A stretch of 59,725 bases of DNA, filler included. It is 5 parts of 5 records of this genome, joined end to end, with 100 filler letters (N's around TTAATTAATTAA, not from the genome) between each part and the next. Parts side by side here need not be neighbours in the genome. Positions count along the whole stretch, not along the records: positions 47,241 to 59,725 come from DRR723986_14847; 4 more parts are not named here. The stretch is one strand, 5' to 3'. Position 1 is the stretch's first letter. Every line of letters starts with the position of its first letter. Position numbers and translations under genes: made by a program. This document shows positions 59,426 to 59,725 of the stretch, in pieces. The notes beneath the pieces are model-generated. The model saw only the letters and a program-made list of their open reading frames with translations, did not search any database and was not told where the DNA came from.

Positions 59426-59695
59426 ACTGCAGCTTGTCGTTTCGAACTATCGACTTCTCAGTACGGCAATCTGCAAGTGTTTTGGCAAACTTTGCCGATT
59501 CCGCGGATTCTGAGCCCTGCGAGCCGCTGCTTGTAACGATAGCATTGCCTGGCCCGGATCGGTCAGCATGAATTGCTTGCAGCGAGCTGAATCTCTACCT
59601 GGACGTTATCTCCTAGACTCGAGCCGACTCAAGCTCAGCGGCTTTTCTGCAGAGCCAACCTGCTGAAGTGCCGCTGGATTCGAGTTCTTCCCGGC

Positions 59696-59725
59696 TCACA
59701 ATCCAAGATCACAATCCAAGATCAC
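59696..59725 (+). repeat. 13-nt tandem repeat (TCACAATCCAAGA)x2 plus partial, truncated by window end
   Basis: Read directly from the sequence. Confidence 0.7.

Noticed and set aside
59696-59725. Terminal 13-nt tandem repeat as a possible CRISPR array
   Set aside because: The units are contiguous with no spacers and too short, and the repeat is truncated by the window end.

Overview
The window is a concatenation of five unrelated contigs joined by 100-nt N linkers that contain TTAATTAATTAA. (1) 1-15403 is part of a gene-rich protist mitochondrial genome, read on the minus strand with TGA=Trp. Its order is rnl(3' part)-rns-sdh4-trnL-sdh2-rrn5-trnM-cox11-nad8-cox1(partial). It has six group I introns, four carrying LAGLIDADG ORFs and two apparently ending in A instead of G. 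It also has a 7-nt rnl micro-exon and a cox1 segment that starts behind an orphan group II intron 3' half, suggesting trans-splicing. (2) 15504-24850 is an AT-rich, Flavobacteriaceae-like sucrose-utilisation locus (LacI, TonB receptor, glutaredoxin-like protein, MFS, PfkB kinase, sucrose phosphorylase). Its two ends share a 26-nt direct repeat that overlaps a cluster of Xer/dif-like sites. (3) 24951-31458 is a Rhodobacteraceae-like housekeeping stretch. (4) 31559-47140 is a Marinobacter-like ispB-rplU-rpmA-obgE-proB-rpsT-murJ-ribF-ileS-lspA-fkpB-ispH region followed by minor pilin genes. (5) 47241-59725 is a planctomycete stretch (sulfatase, HTH, DUF1592 protein, ApbE, SdrD-B repeat protein, WD40). 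Taxon labels are inferred from gene content and composition, not from database searches.
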